From a bacterium (GTDB lineage: Bacteria > Patescibacteriota > Patescibacteriia > Patescibacteriales > UBA12075), in contig JBDRDI010000028.1 of NCBI GenBank assembly GCA_043820875.1, positions 1 to 48,333 of the forward strand: 48,333 nucleotides of DNA, given 5' to 3'. Of the stretch, positions 36,622 through 45,394 are shown in pieces (within the stretch, counting starts at the first letter, position 1; the number at the start of each line of letters is the position of its first letter). The position numbers were made by a program, and so were the translations under genes. The notes under the pieces are model-generated. The model did not search any database. It saw only the letters and a program-made list of their open reading frames with translations, and was not told where the DNA came from.

Positions 36622-38640
36622 TTTTCCTGCTTTCAATTCAAATTCCGCGTCGGCTTTTAGGTTTGTGCTCCAGACAACCCTTTTACTGCCGATTTTTTCC
36701 GCGTAAAATCCGGTCGGTTGATATGATTCTACATTATTTATTAATTTTAAGTCAACATTCAACGAACCTATGTCATTACCCGGTTGTTTTTGAACAAACA
36801 AATTATAATTTCCCTGCTTTGCATTATTTTCCACATTAGCAGGAAGCTGATAAAGAAAATGCAAATTACCAATCTTGCCAGGTTCAATTGAGAGAAATAC
36901 TGCAAAAACCGTTTTACCATTTTCGTCATATTGTTCAACTTCATCATCGGACATTCCGCCGGCTGAAATTAATTTTGAACCCAAAGGAACATAAACTCGC
37001 GTGTATGTTCTGTATCGCGTGGTTTTCCAATCAAACTTTCCAAAATGCGCGTAATTGACGGACAAATCCGCGAATAATCCGCTCGCGCCCTGTCTTACTT
37101 TATAATCAATACTTCTCTTAATAACCGCGTCTGTTTTCAGAGCGGCCATGTTGGCGTCCACCACCATAAGATAATCGCCGTCTGTTTCTTTTATTTCACC
37201 GGCGAATCCTTTTTCTTCGGCCAATTTTTGATATTCCGGATCATGAAAATAAATCAAAATATTTTTTCTTGCCAAATTACTGTCTATTATATCAAATATT
37301 TCAAAAAAATCTTCCACTTTTCTGTTTAGTATTTTTACTTTCAACTCATTCACTATCTCGCCGACCACTTCTTTTCTTTGCCAGGAAGAAACTCCCAATT
37401 GAACATAACCTCTTTCAACTTTGTATTGCAATAAATCAACAAAATTATCTTTATCATAAACTTGGCCGTCAATTGTAATCGGCCCGATATATGCCAAAAG
37501 TTCAGTCACCAACTGCGGAGTAATGGCAATCACTCCATCAAATTGGTCGGAAAAATTATTGATTTTGTTTTTCTCAGGCAATAAATCATCTTCTCCGTGA
37601 TAAAACCATTCGATTTTTTGTGCAGACTCGGGCCAGTCCGGAGACCAATTCGCGTCGCGCATATACCATTTTTTAATTCCCAAATATTTTTCCAAAGGCG
37701 CGGGAGGCGCGACAGAAAACACGTCTTTCACCGGCATATCCAAATGATAGACATCATGCGTTTCAAATCTGACAGTGTCGCCGTTAAATGTTTCCAATAT
37801 ACCATAAGTCCCGATAAATCCGCCAGTGGGCCGAAGCTCGTCGCTATTTTGAAGTATAACCAAAAAAGAAGATTTATCAGGATAGCCGAAGAGCGGTGAA
37901 GAAAGCTGACAAAGTGGTATGGCCTTGGACAAAAAATCTCTGGCTTTATAAACATACTGTTTCAATTCCTCCACTTTACTCTTGATGGGAAAAAGCAGTC
38001 CGCGGGAAGATACTTTTTCAATATTTTCGGCTGCCAAATCCATGTCTTCTTTAATGCTGTTTAATTCCGGACCGCTATCGTGCAAAGTCGCCAGTATATT
38101 TCTTTTTTCTTCCACTGTTAATTCGTTGTACCCCTTGTCTTTCAATTGCAGTGCTCCCTCCATTTTCGCACCAATCTCACTGCCACTTACAGCCGCTCGG
38201 CTCACCATTTCCGCTGTAAAAACAAGATGCGCCGCATCGTCAATCTGTTCGGACAAAAAACCGATTTTATTGATCAAGAAATTATTCTGCAAACTTTCCA
38301 GACCTTTGGCGGAAAAAGAAAAATTTTCTTCCGCTGATTTGGCATATTCGGCGGCATGAGCGAATTGCTTTTCCTGAACAAAGAAAACGGCCTGGTCGAT
38401 ATTTTTCTTCCCCGCAACCGCGTTGTCATAAATATTTTTTATTTGAGAAGAATAAATCAGCGCGACCAATAAAAAAACCGCGAACAACGCCACGATAATC
38501 GCGCAAAATAATTTTAAAAAATAATAAACAAAATACAAGTTTCTTTTCGCTTTTATAAACGGGATATTGTTTATTATATCTTTAATTTTCCGGCTCTGAC
38601 TTTTACGCCGAGCAATAAATTTTGGGATTAAAAAATTCAT
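36619..38640 (-). CDS. DUF4012 domain-containing membrane-anchored protein
   Basis: N-terminal TM; 'LVILQNSDELRPTGGFIGTYG' and 'RDANWSPDWPESA' motifs. Confidence 0.8.
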   Translation of the reverse strand: MNFLIPKFIARRKSQSRKIKDIINNIPFIKAKRNLYFVYYFLKLFCAIIVALFAVFLLVALIYSSQIKNIYDNAVAGKKNIDQAVFFVQEKQFAHAAEYAKSAEENFSFSAKGLESLQNNFLINKIGFLSEQIDDAAHLVFTAEMVSRAAVSGSEIGAKMEGALQLKDKGYNELTVEEKRNILATLHDSGPELNSIKEDMDLAAENIEKVSSRGLLFPIKSKVEELKQYVYKARDFLSKAIPLCQLSSPLFGYPDKSSFLVILQNSDELRPTGGFIGTYGILETFNGDTVRFETHDVYHLDMPVKDVFSVAPPAPLEKYLGIKKWYMRDANWSPDWPESAQKIEWFYHGEDDLLPEKNKINNFSDQFDGVIAITPQLVTELLAYIGPITIDGQVYDKDNFVDLLQYKVERGYVQLGVSSWQRKEVVGEIVNELKVKILNRKVEDFFEIFDIIDSNLARKNILIYFHDPEYQKLAEEKGFAGEIKETDGDYLMVVDANMAALKTDAVIKRSIDYKVRQGASGLFADLSVNYAHFGKFDWKTTRYRTYTRVYVPLGSKLISAGGMSDDEVEQYDENGKTVFAVFLSIEPGKIGNLHFLYQLPANVENNAKQGNYNLFVQKQPGNDIGSLNVDLKLINNVESYQPTGFYAEKIGSKRVVWSTNLKADAEFELKAGK

Positions 38641-38800
38641 ATTAAAATTCGCGAATTATTAGATATTTTCGCAAAATAAAAATAAACTTGATTTTAACAA
38701 ATAATGAATTTATTATACTAAAATTGATTAGATTAAGCAAGCTCAATTTTATATAGACCCCGCTGACAAAAAATGGGAGATGGGCGAGGGGTGAGGGCAA

Positions 38801-40090
38801 TTACTCCTTCCTCATTGCCTCAATCGGATTCAAACGGGCGGCTTGGCGGGCCGGATAAAGGCCAAAAACCAAACCAAAGAAGCAGGAGAAACCTATTGAG
38901 ACGACAAAAGAAATAAGTGGGATGCTGAAGCTCCAATCCAGTCCGGCGTATGAAGCCGAAACGGCGATTATGTAAGAAATTAAAATTCCAAGACTGACAC
39001 CAACCACGCCACCGATTAAGGTAATGAAGATTGATTCAACCAAAAATTGCCGCATGATGTCATTATAAGTTGCGCCAACAGCTTTGCGCAAACCAATTTC
39101 CGGGGAGCGCTCTCTGACAGCAACATACATAATATTCATAATACCGACTCCGCCAACAAGAAGCGAAACAGCCACGATGGCCAAAAGCAACAAGGTAATG
39201 GCGTTTGTTATTATACCCATCATATCCATCATCTCATCCATGGTGGTGACGCGAAAATCATCTTTGCCCAAATCCGGACGGCCAAGATCATCCACTCCAA
39301 GCGGAACAATGTCGTGATTTTCACGCAATATTGTGCGAATTTCTTCCGCGGTTTCTTCCGCGGTTTCCATGTCTTTAACTTTATGAACCATATAGGTGAC
39401 ATGGTCTATGCCCATCACTTCTTTCTGCAAAGTTCGAATGGGAACATAAACATAGTCGTCAAAACTCATAGTCATGACCGCTCCCCTTTCTTTCATAATT
39501 CCAATAACCTTAAATTTTGTTTTGCGCAGTTTTATTGTTTTGCCGATCGCTTCGTTATCTCCAAAAAGTTTTTCTTTCATTTTTGATCCCAGAACAACAA
39601 CCTTGGAAAGTGAACGATCTTCCGCGTCAGTAAAAAAACGTCCAAATTCAACTTCGCTCTTATCAATATCTACATAACCGGCATTTGTCCCAAAAATAAT
39701 CGCTATTCTGGTTTCATTGCCATAACTTACTTTTTCTTGCGACATGACACCCGCATAACTATCAATAATATTTGATAATTTATTAATATCTTTCATGTCT
39801 TCTGTTTTTAATGAGGTAACTTGCACCCCCATGGCTATCGCGGAAGCATTTTGTGTTTCTGACGCGCCGGTAGACTTTTTGCCGGTCGGAATTTTGATTT
39901 CTGTTTCAATAATATCCGTGCCGAACGTTTCAATCTCATTTAAAATCAAACTTTCAATGCCTGCGCCGGCGGAATAAACGATAATTACACTACTAATTCC
40001 AATTACCATACCCAGAATAGTCAAAACAGTCCTGAGTTTATTCACAGACATGGAAATTATCACAGATTTAATTATGGAAATAATATTCAT
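38801..40090 (-). CDS. MacB-like ABC transporter permease
   Basis: 'RTVLTILGMVIGI', 'SLLVGGVGIMNIMYVAVRERSPEIGLRKAVGA' and 'GLYPARQAA' motifs. Confidence 0.9.
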   Translation of the reverse strand: MNIISIIKSVIISMSVNKLRTVLTILGMVIGISSVIIVYSAGAGIESLILNEIETFGTDIIETEIKIPTGKKSTGASETQNASAIAMGVQVTSLKTEDMKDINKLSNIIDSYAGVMSQEKVSYGNETRIAIIFGTNAGYVDIDKSEVEFGRFFTDAEDRSLSKVVVLGSKMKEKLFGDNEAIGKTIKLRKTKFKVIGIMKERGAVMTMSFDDYVYVPIRTLQKEVMGIDHVTYMVHKVKDMETAEETAEEIRTILRENHDIVPLGVDDLGRPDLGKDDFRVTTMDEMMDMMGIITNAITLLLLAIVAVSLLVGGVGIMNIMYVAVRERSPEIGLRKAVGATYNDIMRQFLVESIFITLIGGVVGVSLGILISYIIAVSASYAGLDWSFSIPLISFVVSIGFSCFFGLVFGLYPARQAARLNPIEAMRKE

Positions 40091-40095
40091 ATTAT

Positions 40096-41340
40096 TTATT
40101 CATATCGGAGTGCCTCCACTGGCTCAAGTTGACTCGCCTTTTTGGCCGGATAGAGTCCAAATACCAATCCGACAGCGGTTGAAACCGCCACGGCCAAAAT
40201 TATGGAAGTAAGTGAAACAATAAGGTCCCAATCATATCCGAGAAAATTGGCTATGACCTTTATTAAAAAAGAAATAATAACGCCGAGAATTATTCCAAAA
40301 ACTCCTCCGATTGATGTCATGGACGCGGCCTCAATTAAAAACTGGCTTAAAATATTGGAGTTATTGGCGCCAACGGCTTTGCGCAGGCCAATCTCCCTGG
40401 TTCGTTCAGTCACATTCACGAGCATTATATTCATTATTCCGATGCCTCCAACCAAAAGCGACAACGCCGCCATGGCAGCCAAAAAATATTTCAGACCATC
40501 GGTAATGGTTGTAATCATGTCCAAAGCCTCAGCCGCGCTACGAACCGTAAAGTCGTCATCAGCTCCGCTTTGACTTGTGATATCGTGTCTTTCACGCAAG
40601 GTTGTTTTTATATCTGCAATAGCCTTATCGGCATTTTCTTCATTATTAATTTTTACTCTGGCCATTCCCACGTGATCCACGCCCGCAATAAGCTTTTGCA
40701 TGGTTTTAATCGGAATAAAAACTTGATCATCATAATTTTGAAAAGCAACCGTCCCTCTTTCTTTCATAATACCAATTACTTCAAAAGTATGCTTTTTTAT
40801 TTTTATTCTTTGACCAATGGCGTCCGAATCGCCGAATAATTCTTCTTTTACCGTATAACCCAAGACAGCGACTTTGGACATATTTTTTTCCTCTTCTGAT
40901 GTTAAAAATCTTCCTTCCGCAACTTCACCACCTTCCACGTTTTGATAGCTGGCCATACATCCGCTTATATTTGTGTCGTACGAATTTGCTCTCCAACTGA
41001 CATTTTCCACTCCTTTCGTGTATCCCACGGCATCCACCACGTCGGGTACATTCTTTTTTTCGCGCAACGCTAAAATATCTTCATATTTCAATGTGGTTAT
41101 TGTTATTCCCATTATTGAAGTCGGCGGTCCTTCCTCATCTGAATTACCTGGCAAAATACCAATCAAATCCGTGCCCAACGTTTTTACTTGCGACAAAATC
41201 AAGCTCTGCGCTCCGGCTCCGACCGCCATAATAACAATAACCGCGCTTACACCGATAATAATACCAAGCATAGTCAAAAAACTTCTCGTCTTGTTGGAGA
41301 GAAGCGCTTTCACGGAATTTTTTACGCATTGAACAAGCAT
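40096..41340 (-). CDS. MacB-like ABC transporter permease (paralog)
   Basis: 'RSFLTMLGIIIGV' and 'SLLVGGIGIMNIMLVNVTERTREIGLRKAVGA' motifs. Confidence 0.9.
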   Translation of the reverse strand: MLVQCVKNSVKALLSNKTRSFLTMLGIIIGVSAVIVIMAVGAGAQSLILSQVKTLGTDLIGILPGNSDEEGPPTSIMGITITTLKYEDILALREKKNVPDVVDAVGYTKGVENVSWRANSYDTNISGCMASYQNVEGGEVAEGRFLTSEEEKNMSKVAVLGYTVKEELFGDSDAIGQRIKIKKHTFEVIGIMKERGTVAFQNYDDQVFIPIKTMQKLIAGVDHVGMARVKINNEENADKAIADIKTTLRERHDITSQSGADDDFTVRSAAEALDMITTITDGLKYFLAAMAALSLLVGGIGIMNIMLVNVTERTREIGLRKAVGANNSNILSQFLIEAASMTSIGGVFGIILGVIISFLIKVIANFLGYDWDLIVSLTSIILAVAVSTAVGLVFGLYPAKKASQLEPVEALRYE

Positions 41341-41348
41341 ATTTAAAA

Positions 41349-42062
41349 TTATTTTATTTTTTCTCCATCGTGCGCGATTCTGCGATCTTTCAAGAGAAAA
41401 TCTTCTTTAATATGACCGTCTTTTAATTTGATAATTCTTTTGGCATGTTCGGCTGTGTATGTCTCGTGAGTGACGAGGATAATGGTGTTACCAGCACCAT
41501 TTAGTTTCTGTAAAATTTCCATAATCTGCACCCCTGATTTTGAATCCAAATTGCCGGTTGGCTCATCAGCAAAAATAACCGAGGGGCTGTTGACCAACGC
41601 TCGCGCGATTGCCACGCGCTGTTTTTCTCCACCGGATATTTGATTGGTGCGATAATCCAAACGATGCCCAAGCCCGACGCTTTCCAAAACCTTTTTGGCT
41701 GTTGTCTCTATGTTAACCTTTTTCCGCGCATATGTGAGCGGCAATTTAACATTGTCCAAAACGGTCGTACGTGGCAAAAGATTAAAAGCTTGAAAAACAA
41801 ATCCAATTTTTACATTTCTCAATTCCGCCAACTCATCATCTTCCAACGTGGTCGCGTCGCGCCCGTCAAGAAAATAATGTCCGCTCGTTGCCCGGTCCAA
41901 AAGACCCAAAATGTGCATAAGAGTTGATTTCCCCGAACCGGATGGCCCCATAATGGCCACAAATTCACCTTTTTCAATACTAAAAGAAAGGCCGTGCAAA
42001 ACCTTTGTCACGACCTCGTCTGTCTCAAAATTCTTTTTTAAATTTTTAACCTCAATAAGCAT
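41349..42062 (-). CDS. MacB/LolD-type ABC ATP-binding protein
   Basis: [26 protein letters not shown] and ADEPTGNLD motifs. Confidence 0.92.
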   Translation of the reverse strand: MLIEVKNLKKNFETDEVVTKVLHGLSFSIEKGEFVAIMGPSGSGKSTLMHILGLLDRATSGHYFLDGRDATTLEDDELAELRNVKIGFVFQAFNLLPRTTVLDNVKLPLTYARKKVNIETTAKKVLESVGLGHRLDYRTNQISGGEKQRVAIARALVNSPSVIFADEPTGNLDSKSGVQIMEILQKLNGAGNTIILVTHETYTAEHAKRIIKLKDGHIKEDFLLKDRRIAHDGEKIK

Positions 42063-42077
42063 AACACTTCTACAAAA

Positions 42078-43985
42078 TTATTCCGTCTTTACATAAGTCA
42101 CAACATCTTCACCTTCATTCAATCCGCTTAAAATTTCCATCAGTCCATCATCTCCGTTTATACCGATGGTCACTTGTTTTTCCACAAGCTGGCCGTTTTC
42201 CAAGACTCTTGCGAATTTTCCTTGCCCATTTTTATCAATGATGGCTCGGTTCGGAATTATTAAAGCGTTTTCTTTCATGTCTGTGATAATTGTTATATTC
42301 GCGGTCATTCCCGATTTCACGTCTTTGTCCTCCTGATCAAACTCTATTTTTATTTTATAATAAATAACATCTTGCAATTCCGTTTCTGCCGGATCCACAA
42401 AATACACTTTGCCATAAAATTCCGTATCTTCTCCAAACGAATCAAGCGTTATTTTTGCTTTATCGTCCAGACTGATTTTTGATATATCAGCTTCAGAAAC
42501 AAGCACTTCAATTTCAAAATCATTTTCACCAAGCATGGCAAAAACCACTGCTCCCATACTTATTTGCTCTCCTTCTTTAAAATTATCTTTGGTTATCACG
42601 CCGTCAATCGGAGCGATAATTGCACTGTTTTCTATCTGTTTATTTAAAGAATCAACCGCGGCTCGCGCTTGTTTGATTCTGGCTTGCGCCAAAGAAATAT
42701 CATATCTTGAAGCTGAAGCCAATATTTTATTCAATTGCGCGCCTGATACTTGCCAAGATTCATAGGCCGCAGAAGCTTTGGATTCAGCCACTGTTATTTG
42801 CTGTTGACCTTGAGCGCGCGAAGTGGATAAATTATTTTCCGCCGTGATCTTCGCGTCGTCCAGCGCGACTTGCGCTTTTTTTAATGCCTCTTCGGCTTCC
42901 GATACTTTTATACTATAATTTAAGGTAGCATCATCCAAATTTTGACTGGCTGTTTGAACGGCTGATATGGCCGTTGCGATTGCGGTTTGTTGGGTACTAA
43001 TATTTGTTTTTAAAGTATCGAGTTCAGACTGTATAAAAGAAGTTGTTGTAACTGAATTTTCCAAAGCCGAATAACAATTTTGCAAGGATGTAAAAGTTTT
43101 GTTTAAAACGCTCAGAGTACTCGCTACCGCCTGCTTAATGCTTGAATCTGATTTATACAGCTCTGCCGTTTTTAAATCTATTCGAGCCGTATCTAATAAT
43201 TTTTTCGCGCTATTATACGCAATCAAGGTGGTAGAAAGATATGATTCGTTTTTAACGCTGATATAATCTTCGCCATCGGCATCATTTATGGTTCTATCAA
43301 TGGTATCCAAGGCAGTGTTGGCCGCAGCGATTTTATCACCTATTTTAACAACGGCATCATTTTTATAATTATCAATTTCTTGGCTATATGTTTTTTTGGT
43401 ATTTTGAAGGCTTGTTTCAGCAACGGTCACGGCTTGTTCATAGGAAGTAATATCGGCAGCCGTGCTCATTATCAAATCATTTAAAGCTTTCTCGTCTTGC
43501 ATAATATTTTCCGCGACAACTGTTTTTGTTCTGCCCAATTCCGACAACGCCGAATCGTATGATGATTTGGCTTGCGCGAGATTGGCGCGATAAATCGCGA
43601 CTTCTTCCGTGGTGGCGCCGGAAACAAGTTTTTTCAAGTCTTCTTCGGCCACCTCAAAATTCGCGGATGCTTCCTCTTTTTTTATTTCCAAATCCTCTTT
43701 GTCCAATTCCGCTATCAAATCTCCTTTTTTTACTTCGTCTCCTCCTCGCGCGTATTTGACTTTTAATTTCCCATTATTTAAAAAGCTCAAGTTAATTTCA
43801 CTGTCCGCCTTGACCGTGCCTGTTTCGCTTACTGTCTGAACAATTTTTCCTTTTTCGGCTTTTGCCACCGTATATGTTGTTTTTGTTTTATTTCCAAAGA
43901 TGGAAGAATATCCCAAAAATAACAAAACCATCAAAGCTATTGCGGCAATAATATTTCTTTTTCTAAAAATAATTCCCTTTTTCAT
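42078..43985 (-). CDS. Periplasmic adaptor/membrane fusion protein (MacA/HlyD-like) with very long helical insert
   Basis: N-terminal TM, lipoyl half-motifs ('GDEVKKGDLIAELD', 'IIAPIDGVIT'), 'KSGMTANITI' and 'ILSGLNEGEDV'. Confidence 0.85.
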   Translation of the reverse strand: MKKGIIFRKRNIIAAIALMVLLFLGYSSIFGNKTKTTYTVAKAEKGKIVQTVSETGTVKADSEINLSFLNNGKLKVKYARGGDEVKKGDLIAELDKEDLEIKKEEASANFEVAEEDLKKLVSGATTEEVAIYRANLAQAKSSYDSALSELGRTKTVVAENIMQDEKALNDLIMSTAADITSYEQAVTVAETSLQNTKKTYSQEIDNYKNDAVVKIGDKIAAANTALDTIDRTINDADGEDYISVKNESYLSTTLIAYNSAKKLLDTARIDLKTAELYKSDSSIKQAVASTLSVLNKTFTSLQNCYSALENSVTTTSFIQSELDTLKTNISTQQTAIATAISAVQTASQNLDDATLNYSIKVSEAEEALKKAQVALDDAKITAENNLSTSRAQGQQQITVAESKASAAYESWQVSGAQLNKILASASRYDISLAQARIKQARAAVDSLNKQIENSAIIAPIDGVITKDNFKEGEQISMGAVVFAMLGENDFEIEVLVSEADISKISLDDKAKITLDSFGEDTEFYGKVYFVDPAETELQDVIYYKIKIEFDQEDKDVKSGMTANITIITDMKENALIIPNRAIIDKNGQGKFARVLENGQLVEKQVTIGINGDDGLMEILSGLNEGEDVVTYVKTE

Positions 43986-43994
43986 ATTATTATA

Positions 43995-44387
43995 TTATTT
44001 TTTTATTTTACTTCTATTTTCTATAATTTTAATTACTTTTTCAGAAAATTGTTCCAAATTTAATTCTTTTTTGGAGAAAAAATATTCCGCTCCCAAGTCA
44101 GCGCATTTCTTTTTTGATTTATCGTCGCTTAATTTTGTATAAACAAATACCGGAATATTCATTGTCTCTTTATTGCTCTTAATCGCATGTAGAAGATCAA
44201 ATCCGTCCATATTTGGAAAGCGAAAACCATGAACAATATAATCGGGTTGAGCTTCAATAATTTGTTCTATTATTTCTTTAATGGATAAAAAAATGTTGCA
44301 ATTTACAACTTCTAAATTATTTACCTTAAATTTCGCCTGCAAGCTATGCGAAGTATTTATATCATTTTCAATAATAAATATCTTCAT
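43995..44387 (-). CDS. Stand-alone receiver (CheY-like) domain protein, atypical
   Basis: 'KIFIIEND', 'PNMDGFDLL', 'IPVFVYT' and 'LGAEYFFSK'; the phosphoacceptor Asp is replaced. Confidence 0.75.
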   Translation of the reverse strand: MKIFIIENDINTSHSLQAKFKVNNLEVVNCNIFLSIKEIIEQIIEAQPDYIVHGFRFPNMDGFDLLHAIKSNKETMNIPVFVYTKLSDDKSKKKCADLGAEYFFSKKELNLEQFSEKVIKIIENRSKIKK

Positions 44388-44497
44388 AAATAATATTATT
44401 ATATTTATAGTTTATTTTTTATTATAACATATTGTTTTGTCAAAAGCAAAAAAATTATAGTCTATCATTTAAGCAGACGAATCATGACTTAAGACAA

Positions 44498-45109
44498 CTA
44501 AGCAAACTTCCTAATCACGCCACGCACGACTCCTTGAATCAGCGGGTCTTTGGCATAAATCGGCGACATGCTGGAATTGGCCGGCTGAAGACGTATTCGG
44601 TTTGTTTCGCGATAAAACTTTTTTAAAGTCGCATAAGCATTATTAAGAAGCGCCACTACCACATCTCCGTTCTGCGGCGATGGATTGCGTTCCACAATTA
44701 CATAGTCTCCACTTAATATCCCTTCTTCAATCATGGATTCTCCGCGAACTTTCAGGACATAGCTATTTTCCCTGTCAGTCACAAAATCAGATGGCACCGC
44801 AATTGTTTCGCGTTCTTCAACCGCCTCAATCGGTTCTCCGGCAGTAATAAGACCAGCCAACGGCAACATCACAGCTTCAGCCCAGTTGATTTCTGCTTTT
44901 ACCAATTCAATTGAACGCGACTCGTTAAAAGAACTTTTTAAAAATCCTTTTCGCTTCAGATTGTCAATATGAACGTGAATTGTGGACGGACTATTGAGCC
45001 CAAAATGCGTTCCGATCTCCCGCATGCTTGGTGAATAGCCCTTTTTATGAACAAACTCTGTAATGTAGTCCAAAATTTCTCTTTGTCTTTTTGTTAAATT
45101 TTTACCCAT
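44498..45109 (-). CDS. lexA: SOS repressor LexA
   Basis: 'LTKRQREILDYI...GYSPSMREIG' wHTH, Ala-Gly cleavage site (TAG), catalytic Ser (GESM) and Lys (ATLKK). Confidence 0.96.
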   Translation of the reverse strand: MGKNLTKRQREILDYITEFVHKKGYSPSMREIGTHFGLNSPSTIHVHIDNLKRKGFLKSSFNESRSIELVKAEINWAEAVMLPLAGLITAGEPIEAVEERETIAVPSDFVTDRENSYVLKVRGESMIEEGILSGDYVIVERNPSPQNGDVVVALLNNAYATLKKFYRETNRIRLQPANSSMSPIYAKDPLIQGVVRGVIRKFA

Positions 45110-45207
45110 AAAAGAAGAAGGGAAAAGTAGAAGATAGAAAGTAGAAAGTCACACATTTTAAATTCCAAATTCCAACTTTATCCCCAATTAAATTATTATT
45201 TATCTTT

Positions 45208-45236
45208 ATTATACACGAACAAAAAACGAAAGTCAA
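45208..45236 (-). promoter_or_regulatory. lexA promoter with a candidate LexA operator in its spacer
   Basis: TTGACT-N17-TATAAT; the spacer holds the direct repeat CGAAC-aaaaaa-CGAAA (+ strand 45216-45231). Confidence 0.7.
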
Positions 45237-45296
45237 ATGTATTTTAATTTATCTTTAATATTGGCGAATAAATAATTATATTCTAACAAAATTCTC

Positions 45297-45325
45297 TTGC
45301 ATTATTCTTATTTTTTTGATAAAAT
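45297..45325 (+). promoter_or_regulatory. Putative gyrB promoter
   Basis: TTGCAT-N17-TAAAAT with extended TG. Confidence 0.55.
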
Positions 45326-45394
45326 GAATGTATATGAATACTCTTTTGAAGAAGGGTATTTTATTACTTTATTATTTAATATCCACATACTATT

